From NCBI GenBank assembly GCA_039586365.1, contig JBDHKN010000069.1:1-24930 (forward strand): a DNA stretch of 24,930 nt, read 5' to 3'. Within the stretch, counting starts at the first letter, position 1, and every line of letters begins with the position of its first letter. Below, piece after piece: positions 7,440 to 16,767 of the stretch. The translations under genes and the position numbers were made by a program. The notes beneath the pieces are model-generated. The model saw nothing but the letters and a program-made list of their open reading frames with translations, was not told the DNA's origin and did no database searches. The DNA is from Gemmatimonadota bacterium (GTDB taxonomy: Bacteria; Gemmatimonadota; Gemmatimonadetes; Gemmatimonadales; GWC2-71-9).

Positions 7440-8099
7440 TCATTCATCCACCAGGCCAGCCTCGATGGCGAATCGCGTCAGCCCCGCGACAGTCCGAATT
7501 CGCAGCTTTCTCACGACGCTCTCCCTGTGGCTTTCGACCGTCCGAGGGCTGATACCGAGTTCGGCACCGATCTCCTTGTTGGTCCATCCTCTGGCAATGA
7601 GCGTCAGCACCTCGCGCTCGCGTCCCGTGAGCACTTCTACCAGGCCGTCTCGCTGTTCGCGAACCAACTCACCCCGCAGAGCCGCGCTCAGTCTGCCGGC
7701 CACCCTGGGACTGAAAAACTCCTGCCCCGCATTTACTGCACGCACCGCGTCCCGCAGCTCAGCCGGTCCCGCATCTTTCAATACGTACCCATGCGCACCA
7801 GCCCGCACTGCCTCGAGCACATACTCACCGCGGTCGTGCATGGTCAGCATGAGAACTCGAGTCTCCGGAACAGTGCGGCGTAAGCTAGCAGCCACTGCGA
7901 GACCGGATTCGCGCGGCATGGTGACGTCGAGCACCACAACATCCGGCGCGTGCTGTTTGGCCAACGCCATCGCCTCGATTCCGTCGTCGGCTTCGGCTAC
8001 TACATCGAAGCCATGATCCCGCGACAAGACATGGCGAATTCCCTCGCGCACCACGGCGTGGTCGTCAACCACGAGCACCCGGATCGCTGTACCGCTCAT
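7440..8099 (-). CDS. NarL/FixJ-family response regulator (REC + LuxR HTH)
   Basis: IRVLVVDDHAVVREG, DVVVLDVTMP, GYVLK and LTGREREVL...NKEIGAELGISPRTVESHR. The ATG at 8099 overlaps the kinase stop. Confidence 0.96.
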   Translation of the reverse strand: MSGTAIRVLVVDDHAVVREGIRHVLSRDHGFDVVAEADDGIEAMALAKQHAPDVVVLDVTMPRESGLAVAASLRRTVPETRVLMLTMHDRGEYVLEAVRAGAHGYVLKDAGPAELRDAVRAVNAGQEFFSPRVAGRLSAALRGELVREQRDGLVEVLTGREREVLTLIARGWTNKEIGAELGISPRTVESHRESVVRKLRIRTVAGLTRFAIEAGLVDE

Positions 8100-9874
8100 T
8101 GACCGGCACGCTCGGCTGTTGGAAGTTGAACCTTCAGGGTCAATCCATTGCCGGACGCGCCATTGACCGAGACGGTTCCACCTAGTGCCGTGATTCGTTC
8201 GCGCATCCCAGCGAGGCCCCTGTGACCCGTCAGCTCGAGTTTGTCCCAATCCCACCTGGGCAAACCTCGCCCGTCGTCAGTAACGCTCAGCACGACCCAC
8301 CCACGATCAGCCTCGAGTGTGATCCTGACTGACTGAGCCTCGGCATGTCGGGCTACGTTGGCAAGGCCCTCCTGCAGAGCGCGAAACAGCGCCAATTCGG
8401 CCTCATGAGAGAGAACAGGTAACTGTTCCGAAACGGCGACCTCGGTTGTTGTACCGCTCTGCGTTCCGAACGCCGCAACCAGGGCACGCAACGCCGGGAC
8501 CAGCCCTAGATCATCCAGCAAAGCGGGACGAAGATCGTTAGTCACATCACGGATGCTCCTGATACCCTCGTCCACTAGAGATAGTACCCGATCCAGTCTG
8601 GCCTCTAGGTCCTTCCCTACACTCTCTCGCACCACCCCAAGCTGCAGTTTGACTGACGAGAAGACCTGTGCGGTTTCATCATGTAATTCGCGTGAGAGTC
8701 GTCTGCTCTCTTCCTCGTGCTGTTTGACCATCCTGGCTGTCAGTCGTCCGAGTTCGGCCGTCCTCGCCTCGAGCCTGCGGTACAGATCCGCACTCTCCAG
8801 GGCGGCCCCAACTTGCTGACCCAGCGCAACCAGGAATTCAGTGTCCAACGCCGCGAATGGATCTCTGGCATCACCTACAATGACCATCGCTCCTCTGACT
8901 GAAGCACCTTGCAGGACCGGCAGAGCGGCAGCATATGCATAATGAGTGTCGGGATCGGACTGGTCCCTCACCGAGCCCCGCTCTATGTGGGGATGCCGCA
9001 GCTGGATCGCGCCAGCAATCGCGCGCGCAGCAGCTCCCGTTGGCTGCGTTGCTGGCCAATCGGCACAGGCCCCTGCACCACCTTCGAAACGACCCTCACC
9101 GTCGTCGATGAGGTATATCGCCGTTCCACGGACGCCCGCGAGACTCAGCGGTCGCTGCAGCAGCCGCGTCACCACATCAGGTTCACCGCGTCCAATCCTC
9201 TGTAGGTCTCCAGAGAGGGCTGATAAGGTGCGGAGACCACGCTGCTGGTCCTCGAGGACCAACAGCAGGATTCCCGCGCCCATGGCTAGCAGGAAGAGGA
9301 TATCGAGGTAATAGCCCCAAGGGTTCCAGACGCCACGTGCCCGCAAGAATGGGTAGTCCAAGTGGTGAGCACCCCAGAGCAACAGCGCGATAGCAAGCGA
9401 AGCGGCGCCGACCGACTTGATTTGAAGGTGATAGCGGAAGAAGACCCATCCCGTCCACAACGTTGCTCCGCTCAAGAACAGTACAGCTGGCCCGGCGGCT
9501 AGCAGAAAGTTGTCGAGACGGTAGATCGCAACGTAAGACCAGAGTGGTGGAAACAAGGCCACCCATAGATAGTTGTTTCGCCACGGAAGCTGCTGCGAGA
9601 AGACCAACGCTGCCCAGAGCAGGGCCAGAGCCGCCCAGCCGGTAGTCACCTGGTGCCAATAGAGCCAGTGGCGGTTGGCGGTGATGAGAAAACTGATGAT
9701 TGCTCCCAGGCGCAATGCGTAGAGCATCCAGGCAAGCGCCCAGTACGCGAAATAGCGTTTCTCATAGCGCTGGTATAGCACTCCGCAGAGAGCGGCCAAT
9801 CCGACGGTGACGGCGGCCTGCAAAAACGCGGCTGCTAGTTCTGAGAGAGCCGCCGGCGGGATAGTGAGGTCCAT
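8096..9874 (-). CDS. Membrane sensor histidine kinase (7TM region + GAF-like domain + HisKA_3 + HATPase)
   Basis: H-box RRLSRELHDETAQ, N-box QEGLANVARHA, DDGRG and GLAGMRER. Hydrophobic N-terminal ~210 aa. Start placed at MDLTIP. Confidence 0.95.
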   Translation of the reverse strand: MDLTIPPAALSELAAAFLQAAVTVGLAALCGVLYQRYEKRYFAYWALAWMLYALRLGAIISFLITANRHWLYWHQVTTGWAALALLWAALVFSQQLPWRNNYLWVALFPPLWSYVAIYRLDNFLLAAGPAVLFLSGATLWTGWVFFRYHLQIKSVGAASLAIALLLWGAHHLDYPFLRARGVWNPWGYYLDILFLLAMGAGILLLVLEDQQRGLRTLSALSGDLQRIGRGEPDVVTRLLQRPLSLAGVRGTAIYLIDDGEGRFEGGAGACADWPATQPTGAAARAIAGAIQLRHPHIERGSVRDQSDPDTHYAYAAALPVLQGASVRGAMVIVGDARDPFAALDTEFLVALGQQVGAALESADLYRRLEARTAELGRLTARMVKQHEEESRRLSRELHDETAQVFSSVKLQLGVVRESVGKDLEARLDRVLSLVDEGIRSIRDVTNDLRPALLDDLGLVPALRALVAAFGTQSGTTTEVAVSEQLPVLSHEAELALFRALQEGLANVARHAEAQSVRITLEADRGWVVLSVTDDGRGLPRWDWDKLELTGHRGLAGMRERITALGGTVSVNGASGNGLTLKVQLPTAERAGQ

Positions 9875-10339
9875 GCAATGTAAGAAAAGAGAGATGCCAT
9901 TAGGCGCAATGGCCAACGGCCAGCGACCTCAGTGAAGGCAGCACAGCTCCGAGGCTAGCTGTGCAGCAGCATGAGGCAGCACGGCACCCTTCCACGGGAG
10001 CGCAAGCCAACCCAGCACGTTGGAGTTCGATTGGAGCCGGAGAGTTCCCGGGTCATGCCGTCGCAATGATACCCTGATTCGTTTGCCAAGTTCTGTGGCT
10101 GCGTTCACGCAAACACCACGCTATAGGTGCGCTTGGCATACGCTGCAGAATCACCGGTTTCCCTCCCATAATGCCGTGTCTGGACTCAGGCTCACGAGGT
10201 GAGAAAGCATTTGCGAAGACATTGCCCACGCGCAAAATGGGATTCTTTCAGAGGTCTTTTGGGGCGAGAATTGCTCACTTGGCTAGCGTGCCGAACGGCC
10301 GCCGCCCGCGCCTGTTTGGATTTCCCCTGTGGAAAACGC

Positions 10340-10367
10340 TTGTTCTTCACAGAGAATTTCTTACTTT
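10340..10367 (+). promoter_or_regulatory. Putative sigma70 promoter of the SWIB gene
   Basis: TTGTTC-N16-TACTTT, with a GAGGT SD at 10411-10415 before ATG 10420. Confidence 0.4.
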
Positions 10368-10419
10368 GTGGTGCGTGCAGAGGCTGGTAGTCAATCCTTT
10401 TCCTGTCTCCGAGGTACAC

Positions 10420-10992
10420 ATGGCACCAAAGAAGAAGGCAAAGAAGGCCGCCAAGCGGCGCCCAGCGAAGAAGAAGGTGGCCAAGCGGCGCCCAGCGAAG
10501 AAGAAGGCCGCCAAGCGGCGCCCAGCGAAGAAGAAGGTAGCCAAGCGGCGCCCAGCGAAGAAGAAGGTAGCTAAGAAGAAGAAGCCGGCGAAGAAGAAGG
10601 TAGCCAAGAAGAAGAAGCCGGCGAAGAAGAAGGTAGCCAAGAAGAAGAAGCCGGCGAAGAAGAAGGTAGCCAAGAAGAAGCCGGCGAAGAAGAAGGTAGC
10701 CAAGAAGCCGAAGAAGAAAGCAGCCAAGAAGAAGGTCAAGCGTAAGCCCAACCCGGCGTTCATGAAGCCCATGACACCGGATGCAGCTTTGGCGGGCGTG
10801 GTCGGTTCAGCTCCACTGCCACGTACGCAGATCACCAAGAAGCTGTGGGCGTACATCAAGAGGAACGGCCTGCAGGATCAGCAGAACAGACGCATGATCA
10901 ATGCTGATGACAAGCTGCGGTCAGTCTTCAACGGCAAAACGCAAGTCAGCATGTTCGAGATGACCAAGTTGGTCAATCGTCACATCACGTAA
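10420..10992 (+). CDS. SWIB/MDM2-domain protein with long histone H1-like Lys/Ala/Pro-rich N-terminal tail
   Basis: C-terminal NPAFMKPMTPDAALAGVVG..PLPRTQITKKLWAYIKRNGLQD...INADDKL is a SWIB domain, preceded by ~100 aa of KKVAKRRPAK/KKVAKKKKPAK repeats. Confidence 0.95.
   Translation: MAPKKKAKKAAKRRPAKKKVAKRRPAKKKAAKRRPAKKKVAKRRPAKKKVAKKKKPAKKKVAKKKKPAKKKVAKKKKPAKKKVAKKKPAKKKVAKKPKKKAAKKKVKRKPNPAFMKPMTPDAALAGVVGSAPLPRTQITKKLWAYIKRNGLQDQQNRRMINADDKLRSVFNGKTQVSMFEMTKLVNRHIT
10441..10689 (+). repeat. Coding tandem repeat: 4 x 30 bp, 3 x 33 bp, 1 x 30 bp
   Basis: aagaagg(cc/tg/ta)gccaagcggcgcccagcgaag x4 (10441-10560), then aagaaggtagc(t/c)aagaagaagaagccggcgaag x3. Confidence 0.95.
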
Positions 10993-11072
10993 TCAGGCCT
11001 CGAACAGAATCAGCATGTAGTACTCGCGGTCACGTACCGCTCTCGTTACTCACACCCAGCCCTGCATCAGAG

Positions 11073-11098
11073 GGGGGTCGGCGCGCTCGCCGACCCCC
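11073..11098. terminator. GC-rich hairpin between convergent genes
   Basis: GGGGGTCGGCG-cgct-CGCCGACCCCC, a perfect 11-bp stem with no clear U-tract. Confidence 0.6.
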
Positions 11099-11212
11099 AA
11101 CGAGGCCTATCGCACGACCCCACACAGCCCAGTCGACTGAGTGCTTGGCACAGTCAGAGAAACTCGTTCGGGCCGCTGTGTTGTTGGGGGTAAGACGATA
11201 GCAGCAGTTGGG

Positions 11213-11836
11213 CTACTCTAATGGCAGTCTCGGCTGCGCGACTGGCGCAAATGAGGCGCGATGATGTCTAGTTGGTCCTTTGGTGTCGAGGGCACGGAGG
11301 TGCTCCCGCGTCGCATATCCCTTGTTTTCACCCCAGGCGAAGACCGGGTAGTGTGTCGCAAGCCGCCTCATAAGGCGATCCCGAACACACTTTGCTACGA
11401 CAGCTGCCGCTGCTATGCTCTGCGACTCGCCATCGCCCCCTACGACGGCTTCATGTCGCATGCCTAACTCCGGTAGCGGATTCCCATCAACCAACAAATA
11501 ATCAGGCGGGAACGGAAGGCGCTTGATTGCGCGGCGCATCGCTAGTGCAGTGGCCCGTCTGATATTCAGTTGGTCTATCTCCCGCACTGAAGCGGCCGCG
11601 ACAGTCCACGCAATCGCTTGAGCGCGAACCTCTGCTGACACACGCTCCCGACCGGCTGAGGTCATGGTCTTAGAATCGCGTAGGCCGTCAATAAGAAGCT
11701 GCCCCGGCGGAAACACCACCGCGGCAGCCACCACAGGGCCGGCTAAAGGCCCTCGCCCTACCTCGTCAACGCCGACTACGGCCCGGTACCCCTGTGCCCA
11801 GAGCGCCGCCTCGCGCTCAAGCGTGGGGAACCGCAC
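11213..11836 (-). CDS. rnhB: Ribonuclease HII
   Basis: GVDEVGRGPLAGPVVAAAV, DSK, LLVDGN, SIAAAAVVAK and NKGY; follows rplS. Confidence 0.97.
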   Translation of the reverse strand: MRFPTLEREAALWAQGYRAVVGVDEVGRGPLAGPVVAAAVVFPPGQLLIDGLRDSKTMTSAGRERVSAEVRAQAIAWTVAAASVREIDQLNIRRATALAMRRAIKRLPFPPDYLLVDGNPLPELGMRHEAVVGGDGESQSIAAAAVVAKCVRDRLMRRLATHYPVFAWGENKGYATREHLRALDTKGPTRHHRASFAPVAQPRLPLE

Positions 11837-12184
11837 TCAATTCTCTCGCCGCTCCTGGATTCGCGCAGCCTTGCCCGACAGCTTCCGGAGGTAGTACAGC
11901 TTGGCGCGCCTGACTTTCCCGCGGCGAACGACCTTTATGTCGGCGAGATTGGGTGAGTGCAGGGGGAAGATGCGCTCCACGCCGATCCCGGACGAGATCT
12001 TGCGGACGGTAAACGTCTCGCTGACCCCGGCACCGCGCCGGCCGATGCACACTCCCTCGAACGCCTGCAGCCTTTCCTTCTCTCCCTCACGCACGCGGAC
12101 GGAAACCCGCACCGTGTCACCGGGGCGGAATTCGGGCACATCTTCACGCATCCCCTCAAGCTGCATCGCCGTCAATCGATTCAT
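11837..12184 (-). CDS. rplS: 50S ribosomal protein L19
   Basis: FRPGDTVRV...ERLQAFEG...[22 protein letters not shown]...[12 protein letters not shown]. Confidence 0.99.
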   Translation of the reverse strand: MNRLTAMQLEGMREDVPEFRPGDTVRVSVRVREGEKERLQAFEGVCIGRRGAGVSETFTVRKISSGIGVERIFPLHSPNLADIKVVRRGKVRRAKLYYLRKLSGKAARIQERREN

Positions 12185-12199
12185 CCTCTCAACCTCTCG

Positions 12200-12907
12200 T
12201 TACTCGGCCTCATTGGACCGGTGTTCAGCCTCATAGCGAGCCCACAGGTCGGGCCGCCGTATCCTCGTAAGTTCTTCAGCCTGCGCGCGGCGCCACATGG
12301 CTACTTTCTCGTGATCCCCACTCAACAATACTTCCGGAACCCCGAGGCCGCGATACTCCGGCGGCCGTGTATAGGCTGGTGGGCTCAACAGCCCATCGTA
12401 GAGCGAATCAGAGGCAGCCGACTCGTGATCGCCCAGCGCGCCCGGTAGCAAGCGCACAACCGCGTCGATTATGCACAACGCCGCGAACTCCCCACCCGAC
12501 AGCACAAAGTCTCCGAGCGACACTTCCTCCGTTCCGGGCCAACTGGCGACTCGCTGGTCAACATCCTTGTAGTGGCCGCAAAGCAGTGTCAGCTCACTGC
12601 ACAGACTATAGCGAACGGCGTCTTGGTGCCGGAACAGCTCACCTCTGGCAGACAGCAGAACCGTTGGTCCTGCTGCATCGAGCTGCTCCAGAGCCTCGAA
12701 GAACGGATCCGGCTTCAGGACCATGCCGGCACCTCCACCGTATGCGTAGTCATCGACGGTGCGATGTCGGTCATGAGTGTGGTCTCGCAGATTCACGACC
12801 TTGAATTCGACGAGTGCTGCACTCACTGCCCGGCCCACAATGCTAGTGACCAGGGGCGCCCGAAACACCTCTGGAAAGAGGGTGATGACGTTGATCCGCA
12901 AAGCCAT
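12200..12907 (-). CDS. trmD: tRNA (guanine-37-N1)-methyltransferase
   Basis: ITLFPE, VDDYAYGGGAGMVLK, SLGDFVLSGGE, YTRP and VPEVLLSGDH. Confidence 0.98.
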   Translation of the reverse strand: MALRINVITLFPEVFRAPLVTSIVGRAVSAALVEFKVVNLRDHTHDRHRTVDDYAYGGGAGMVLKPDPFFEALEQLDAAGPTVLLSARGELFRHQDAVRYSLCSELTLLCGHYKDVDQRVASWPGTEEVSLGDFVLSGGEFAALCIIDAVVRLLPGALGDHESAASDSLYDGLLSPPAYTRPPEYRGLGVPEVLLSGDHEKVAMWRRAQAEELTRIRRPDLWARYEAEHRSNEAE

Positions 12908-13428
12908 TACAAATCCAACAACCCCGGTGGGGGGTCGATCTCGATCCTACGGTCAGGTCGACTGACGCGCACCAGAATTGGCCGACGGAACGGCACCAGC
13001 ACTTCCCTTCCACCAACATCCACCGACAACAACTTGCCAGCAGCAACATCAAGCAGGCCCTGGGCCGTCCCTATCGTCTTGCCTCCAGCCACCACAATCG
13101 CACCCACGAGCTCGTGCTCATACATCTCGCCATCACTCGGTGGCCTCAACTCTTCCGATGGCACACCAAGTAGGATCTGCTCCCACTCCTCCAACACACT
13201 CCTGTCGGAGACCCCACGAAACTTGACCAACCAGTGCCGCTGATAGCGCCGCTCTCGCTCTATCTCCAGCGGCTCGCCGATTGGGTTGCCACTGTCGTCC
13301 ACCGGTGTCAGCAGCCGCCCGACGGCGAACACCTCTTCAGGCTCATCAGTCAACACCCATAGCAGGGTGTCCCCCTTGAGCCCGTGAGGCTTGCGGAAGC
13401 GCGCCACCGCGAGGTAGGCGGCTTCCAT
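12907..13428 (-). CDS. rimM: 16S rRNA processing protein RimM
   Basis: KPHGLKG, Y.HELVG, EVLVPF and IDPPPGLLDL; lies between rpsP and trmD. Start placed at MEAAY. Confidence 0.95.
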   Translation of the reverse strand: MEAAYLAVARFRKPHGLKGDTLLWVLTDEPEEVFAVGRLLTPVDDSGNPIGEPLEIERERRYQRHWLVKFRGVSDRSVLEEWEQILLGVPSEELRPPSDGEMYEHELVGAIVVAGGKTIGTAQGLLDVAAGKLLSVDVGGREVLVPFRRPILVRVSRPDRRIEIDPPPGLLDL

Positions 13429-13435
13429 ATCTCTG

Positions 13436-13696
13436 TCAGGTTTCGGTCGGGGTTTCGAAGACACCGGCCTTTTTGAGGAGCGAACGGACTGTGTCCGACG
13501 GTGTCGCTCCTTTAGCCAGCCACGCACGTGCTTTTGCTTGATCGACTTTGATCGTCGCCGGCTCCGTGCGGGGGTTGTAGTGCCCCAGTGTCTCCACGAA
13601 CCGCCCGTCTCGCGCCTTCTGTCGATCGGTTACGACGATGCGGTAAACGGGTTGCTTCTTGCGCCCCACCCTACGTAGACGAATTCGTGTTGCCAT
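13436..13696 (-). CDS. rpsP: 30S ribosomal protein S16
   Basis: MATRIRLRRVGRKKQPVYRIVV.D....RDGRFVETLGHYNP...WLAKGATPSDTV. Confidence 0.99.
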   Translation of the reverse strand: MATRIRLRRVGRKKQPVYRIVVTDRQKARDGRFVETLGHYNPRTEPATIKVDQAKARAWLAKGATPSDTVRSLLKKAGVFETPTET

Positions 13697-13712
13697 GTCC
13701 CTGCCTTGTGAT

Positions 13713-15035
13713 CTATCTCAAACCGAGCCCGAACCTGCCCATCTGCTTCATCATCTTCTTCATCTCTGCAAACTGCTTGACGAGCCTGTTGACTTCTTGA
13801 ACGCTGCGCCCCGAACCACTGGCAATTCGCGCCCGCCGCGATCCGTTCAAGATCTCGGGTTTGCGGCGCTCCTCCGGCGTCATTGAAAGGACCAATGCCT
13901 CAAGATGCTTCAGTCCCTTCGGATCGACCTTGGCTTGCTTCAGCAATTTAGTGTTGACACCCGGCAGCATTCCCAAGAGCGACTCGATCGGACCCATCCG
14001 TTGGATCTGACGCATCGCCACGAGGAAGTCCTCCAGGTCCATTCCCTTCTTCGATGTAGCCTTCTTTGCCAGCCGTTCCGCATCTTCGACCTTGACAGCA
14101 GTCTGAGCCCGTTCCACCAACCCAACCACGTCGCCGCGCTGCAGGATTCTGCCGGCCATCCGCCCTGGGTCGAACACCTCTAACGCGTCCAAGCCTTCGC
14201 CGACCCCGACATACTTGATCGGAGCCCCGGTCACTCCGTGGATCGAGAGTGCCGCCCCACCTCTCGCGTCACCATCCAACTTTGTCAAAATGACGCCGGT
14301 TATGCCCAACGCGCTGTGAAACCCTGCGGCGATTCGAACTGCATCTTGACCAGTCATGCCGTCGGCAACCAGCAGGATCTCTTGCGGTTCGACTGCGCCC
14401 TTGAGCCGCTCGAGCTCCGCCATCATCTCTGCGTCGATCTGGAGACGACCGGCGGTGTCGACCAGAACAGTTCGGCACCGTGCCTTGGTGGCAGCCGCAA
14501 TGCCCATAGTTACCAGCCCCACTACGTCAGCGGCCAGTTCCTGCGCACCATCCCTACGAAACACCGGTACGTCGATCTTCCTTCCGAGCTGATCGAGCTG
14601 CTCCGCCGCCGCCGGTCGGTACACGTCAGCCGCCACCAGGAAGGGAGCCTTTTGCTCTCGCTTGAGCCTGGCGGCCAGCTTAGCCGCCGTAGTGGTCTTG
14701 CCGGAACCTTGCAGCCCGACCAACAGGATCACCGTTGGAGGCACTGAAGCAAAGGACAACGACACCTGCTCGTCCCCTAGCAGCACTATCAGCTCGTCGT
14801 GAACGATCTTGACCAACTGCTGACCTGGGCTCACCGCCTTGATTTTGTCGAGCCCTACCGCCTTGTCACGCACCCGCTGCATGAAAGTGCGGGTCAGTTC
14901 GTAACTCACGTCTGCCTCGAGGAGAACACGACGGATCTCCCGCAAACCGTCCTTTACGGCGTCCTCGGTGAGGACACCACGGTCTGTGAGCCGCTGCAGA
15001 GTAGCAGTGAGGCGGTCAGAAAGGGCGTCAAACAT
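13713..15035 (-). CDS. ffh: Signal recognition particle protein Ffh
   Basis: GLQGSGKTTT, DVYRPAA, DTAGR, TKLDGDARGGAALS and a Met-rich M domain. Start at MFDAL, with TATATT 10 nt upstream. Confidence 0.99.
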   Translation of the reverse strand: MFDALSDRLTATLQRLTDRGVLTEDAVKDGLREIRRVLLEADVSYELTRTFMQRVRDKAVGLDKIKAVSPGQQLVKIVHDELIVLLGDEQVSLSFASVPPTVILLVGLQGSGKTTTAAKLAARLKREQKAPFLVAADVYRPAAAEQLDQLGRKIDVPVFRRDGAQELAADVVGLVTMGIAAATKARCRTVLVDTAGRLQIDAEMMAELERLKGAVEPQEILLVADGMTGQDAVRIAAGFHSALGITGVILTKLDGDARGGAALSIHGVTGAPIKYVGVGEGLDALEVFDPGRMAGRILQRGDVVGLVERAQTAVKVEDAERLAKKATSKKGMDLEDFLVAMRQIQRMGPIESLLGMLPGVNTKLLKQAKVDPKGLKHLEALVLSMTPEERRKPEILNGSRRARIASGSGRSVQEVNRLVKQFAEMKKMMKQMGRFGLGLR

Positions 15036-15108
15036 ATAGCCTTTTAATATAGAACGACGCTTCCCGAACACCAACTGACAGGTGGCGCTGGGAATTGCCC
15101 CGAAGAGA

Positions 15109-16500
15109 TCAGGTCGCGCGGCGCAAGTGGATCCAGCCTGAGAGGTACGCTATAGCCAACATTACCAGGATAGACAGGAATCCGACCACGTAACTCGTCG
15201 TCACCCCAAAACTCACAATCAGAATTGGGGCTGCGGCAGTTATGAAGCCACCCCCCAACATGGGCTCGTAGATTATCTGCTTGAAGCCGAACGACTCCGC
15301 GGCCTCAGTTTCGAAGTGAGGATCGGCTACCCGCAGCAGCAGCAGTCCCAGGGCCGTTACGCCCGTCTGCATACCGTACTCTGTGATCCCCCGCTCGAAC
15401 CAGGCTCCGGGCAACATCCGCGGTGCGATAAACCAGGTTGCAAAGATCACCCAGGTCAAACCGACCACCATGAGAATGGCAAACGGCCAGAAGTAAGCCA
15501 AGAACACATCGAGCTTGATCGAGGCGATGGCGGACACCACCAGGAAATCGAGCGAAGCACCTAGAATCCGGTCAAATGTCTTTCTGTCGAAGTACTTCGC
15601 AATTCCGACCCTGGCCGCGAAGATCTGTACTATTATCCCGCCGATCATGGCCAGGGGAAACAGTGGGAAGCTACGAAATAGGTCCGGTTCCATGTTGGCG
15701 CTCAGGCTCTTGATACTCGTGAGCAGGTACCAGCCTATGAGAATGGCGATGCCGACGAAGGCCGCGTGAAACGCGAACGGTTCCAGCGCATCCGGCGAGA
15801 TTGTCAAGGACGACCCGGATTTGCGTTGCCCTTCTGGGATGAGACCGCGGATCTCCTCTTTGCTCAGCTGCTCGGGGGCCTTGATCACCTTGGTGTACCC
15901 TCGCCGGGCCGCCATGTTTATCATCACCATGCCGAAGACAACCGCGCTGATCACCCCTACCGTAGCTGACATGAGGCCGAGATCAGAACCCGCGGGAAAC
16001 CCCAGTTGGGTAAAGGCTTCCCTCATGCCGGCAGCCGTACCGTGGCCTCCGGAGAAACCAATCTCCATGAGACAACCGAAAAAGGCCGGAACACCAAACA
16101 GCGGTCCGAGCAGCAGGACAGTGATACCGACTCCCACCATGTACTGTCCCATGCCAACCAGCCAACCATAGCAGAGTTGTGGGCCGCCTTCTCGCCAGAT
16201 CGTGCGGATGGACGGAATGGTGAATCCCAAGAACAGGCAGGCAAACACGATGTTGATCAGAACACCGGGAAGAGCACCCCAGGTTGTGAGTGTCTCCTGT
16301 GAGACGACCTGTACCCCAAGTCCGCCGGCCCCATAGGGTCCCAACGCAAGACCAATGAAGCCTCCGATGATGGAGGCTGGGAGAAACAGCTTCTGGAGCA
16401 GAGTAATATTCGCACGCAGGAATTTGCCTGCCAGCAACAGCACTGACAGCCATCCTACATCGATCATTAGTCTCGTCAGGACGTCGCCTGTTATTCCCAT
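15109..16500 (-). CDS. Sodium:glutamate symporter family (GltS-like) transporter
   Basis: LQKLFLPASIIGG, EIGFSGGHGTAAG, SATVG and GMQTGVTALGLLLLRVADP; multiple TM helices. Confidence 0.9.
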   Translation of the reverse strand: MGITGDVLTRLMIDVGWLSVLLLAGKFLRANITLLQKLFLPASIIGGFIGLALGPYGAGGLGVQVVSQETLTTWGALPGVLINIVFACLFLGFTIPSIRTIWREGGPQLCYGWLVGMGQYMVGVGITVLLLGPLFGVPAFFGCLMEIGFSGGHGTAAGMREAFTQLGFPAGSDLGLMSATVGVISAVVFGMVMINMAARRGYTKVIKAPEQLSKEEIRGLIPEGQRKSGSSLTISPDALEPFAFHAAFVGIAILIGWYLLTSIKSLSANMEPDLFRSFPLFPLAMIGGIIVQIFAARVGIAKYFDRKTFDRILGASLDFLVVSAIASIKLDVFLAYFWPFAILMVVGLTWVIFATWFIAPRMLPGAWFERGITEYGMQTGVTALGLLLLRVADPHFETEAAESFGFKQIIYEPMLGGGFITAAAPILIVSFGVTTSYVVGFLSILVMLAIAYLSGWIHLRRAT

Positions 16501-16767
16501 TGCGGGTTCCTTGCGGTGGCGATGGAAGGTCGGGACATAGTGGCGCATTCTAACGCAAAGCGCTGCCGGGCAAAAGGAGCAGTCTACCGGACCTCGATAG
16601 AGTCGGTAACTTCCCTTTCACCCAGTGCTGCACCAGTTGGTATTGCCAGGTGGGAACGGAAACTCCCCGTCCACTTTGCACGTACCGAGGTCATGCTGAC
16701 CGTAGGAGCCGGGCTGATGGCATCCCGGTATGTGGCTTCACATTCAAAGTAGAGTTATCGTCCCCGG

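Noticed and set aside
9917..10330. Small ORFs or ncRNA in the long kinase-SWIB intergenic region
   Set aside because: No recognisable motif, SD-supported ORF or convincing structure by eye.
10347..10859. Phe-rich 170-aa minus-strand ORF resembling a membrane protein
   Set aside because: Antisense of the AAG lysine repeats in the SWIB gene.
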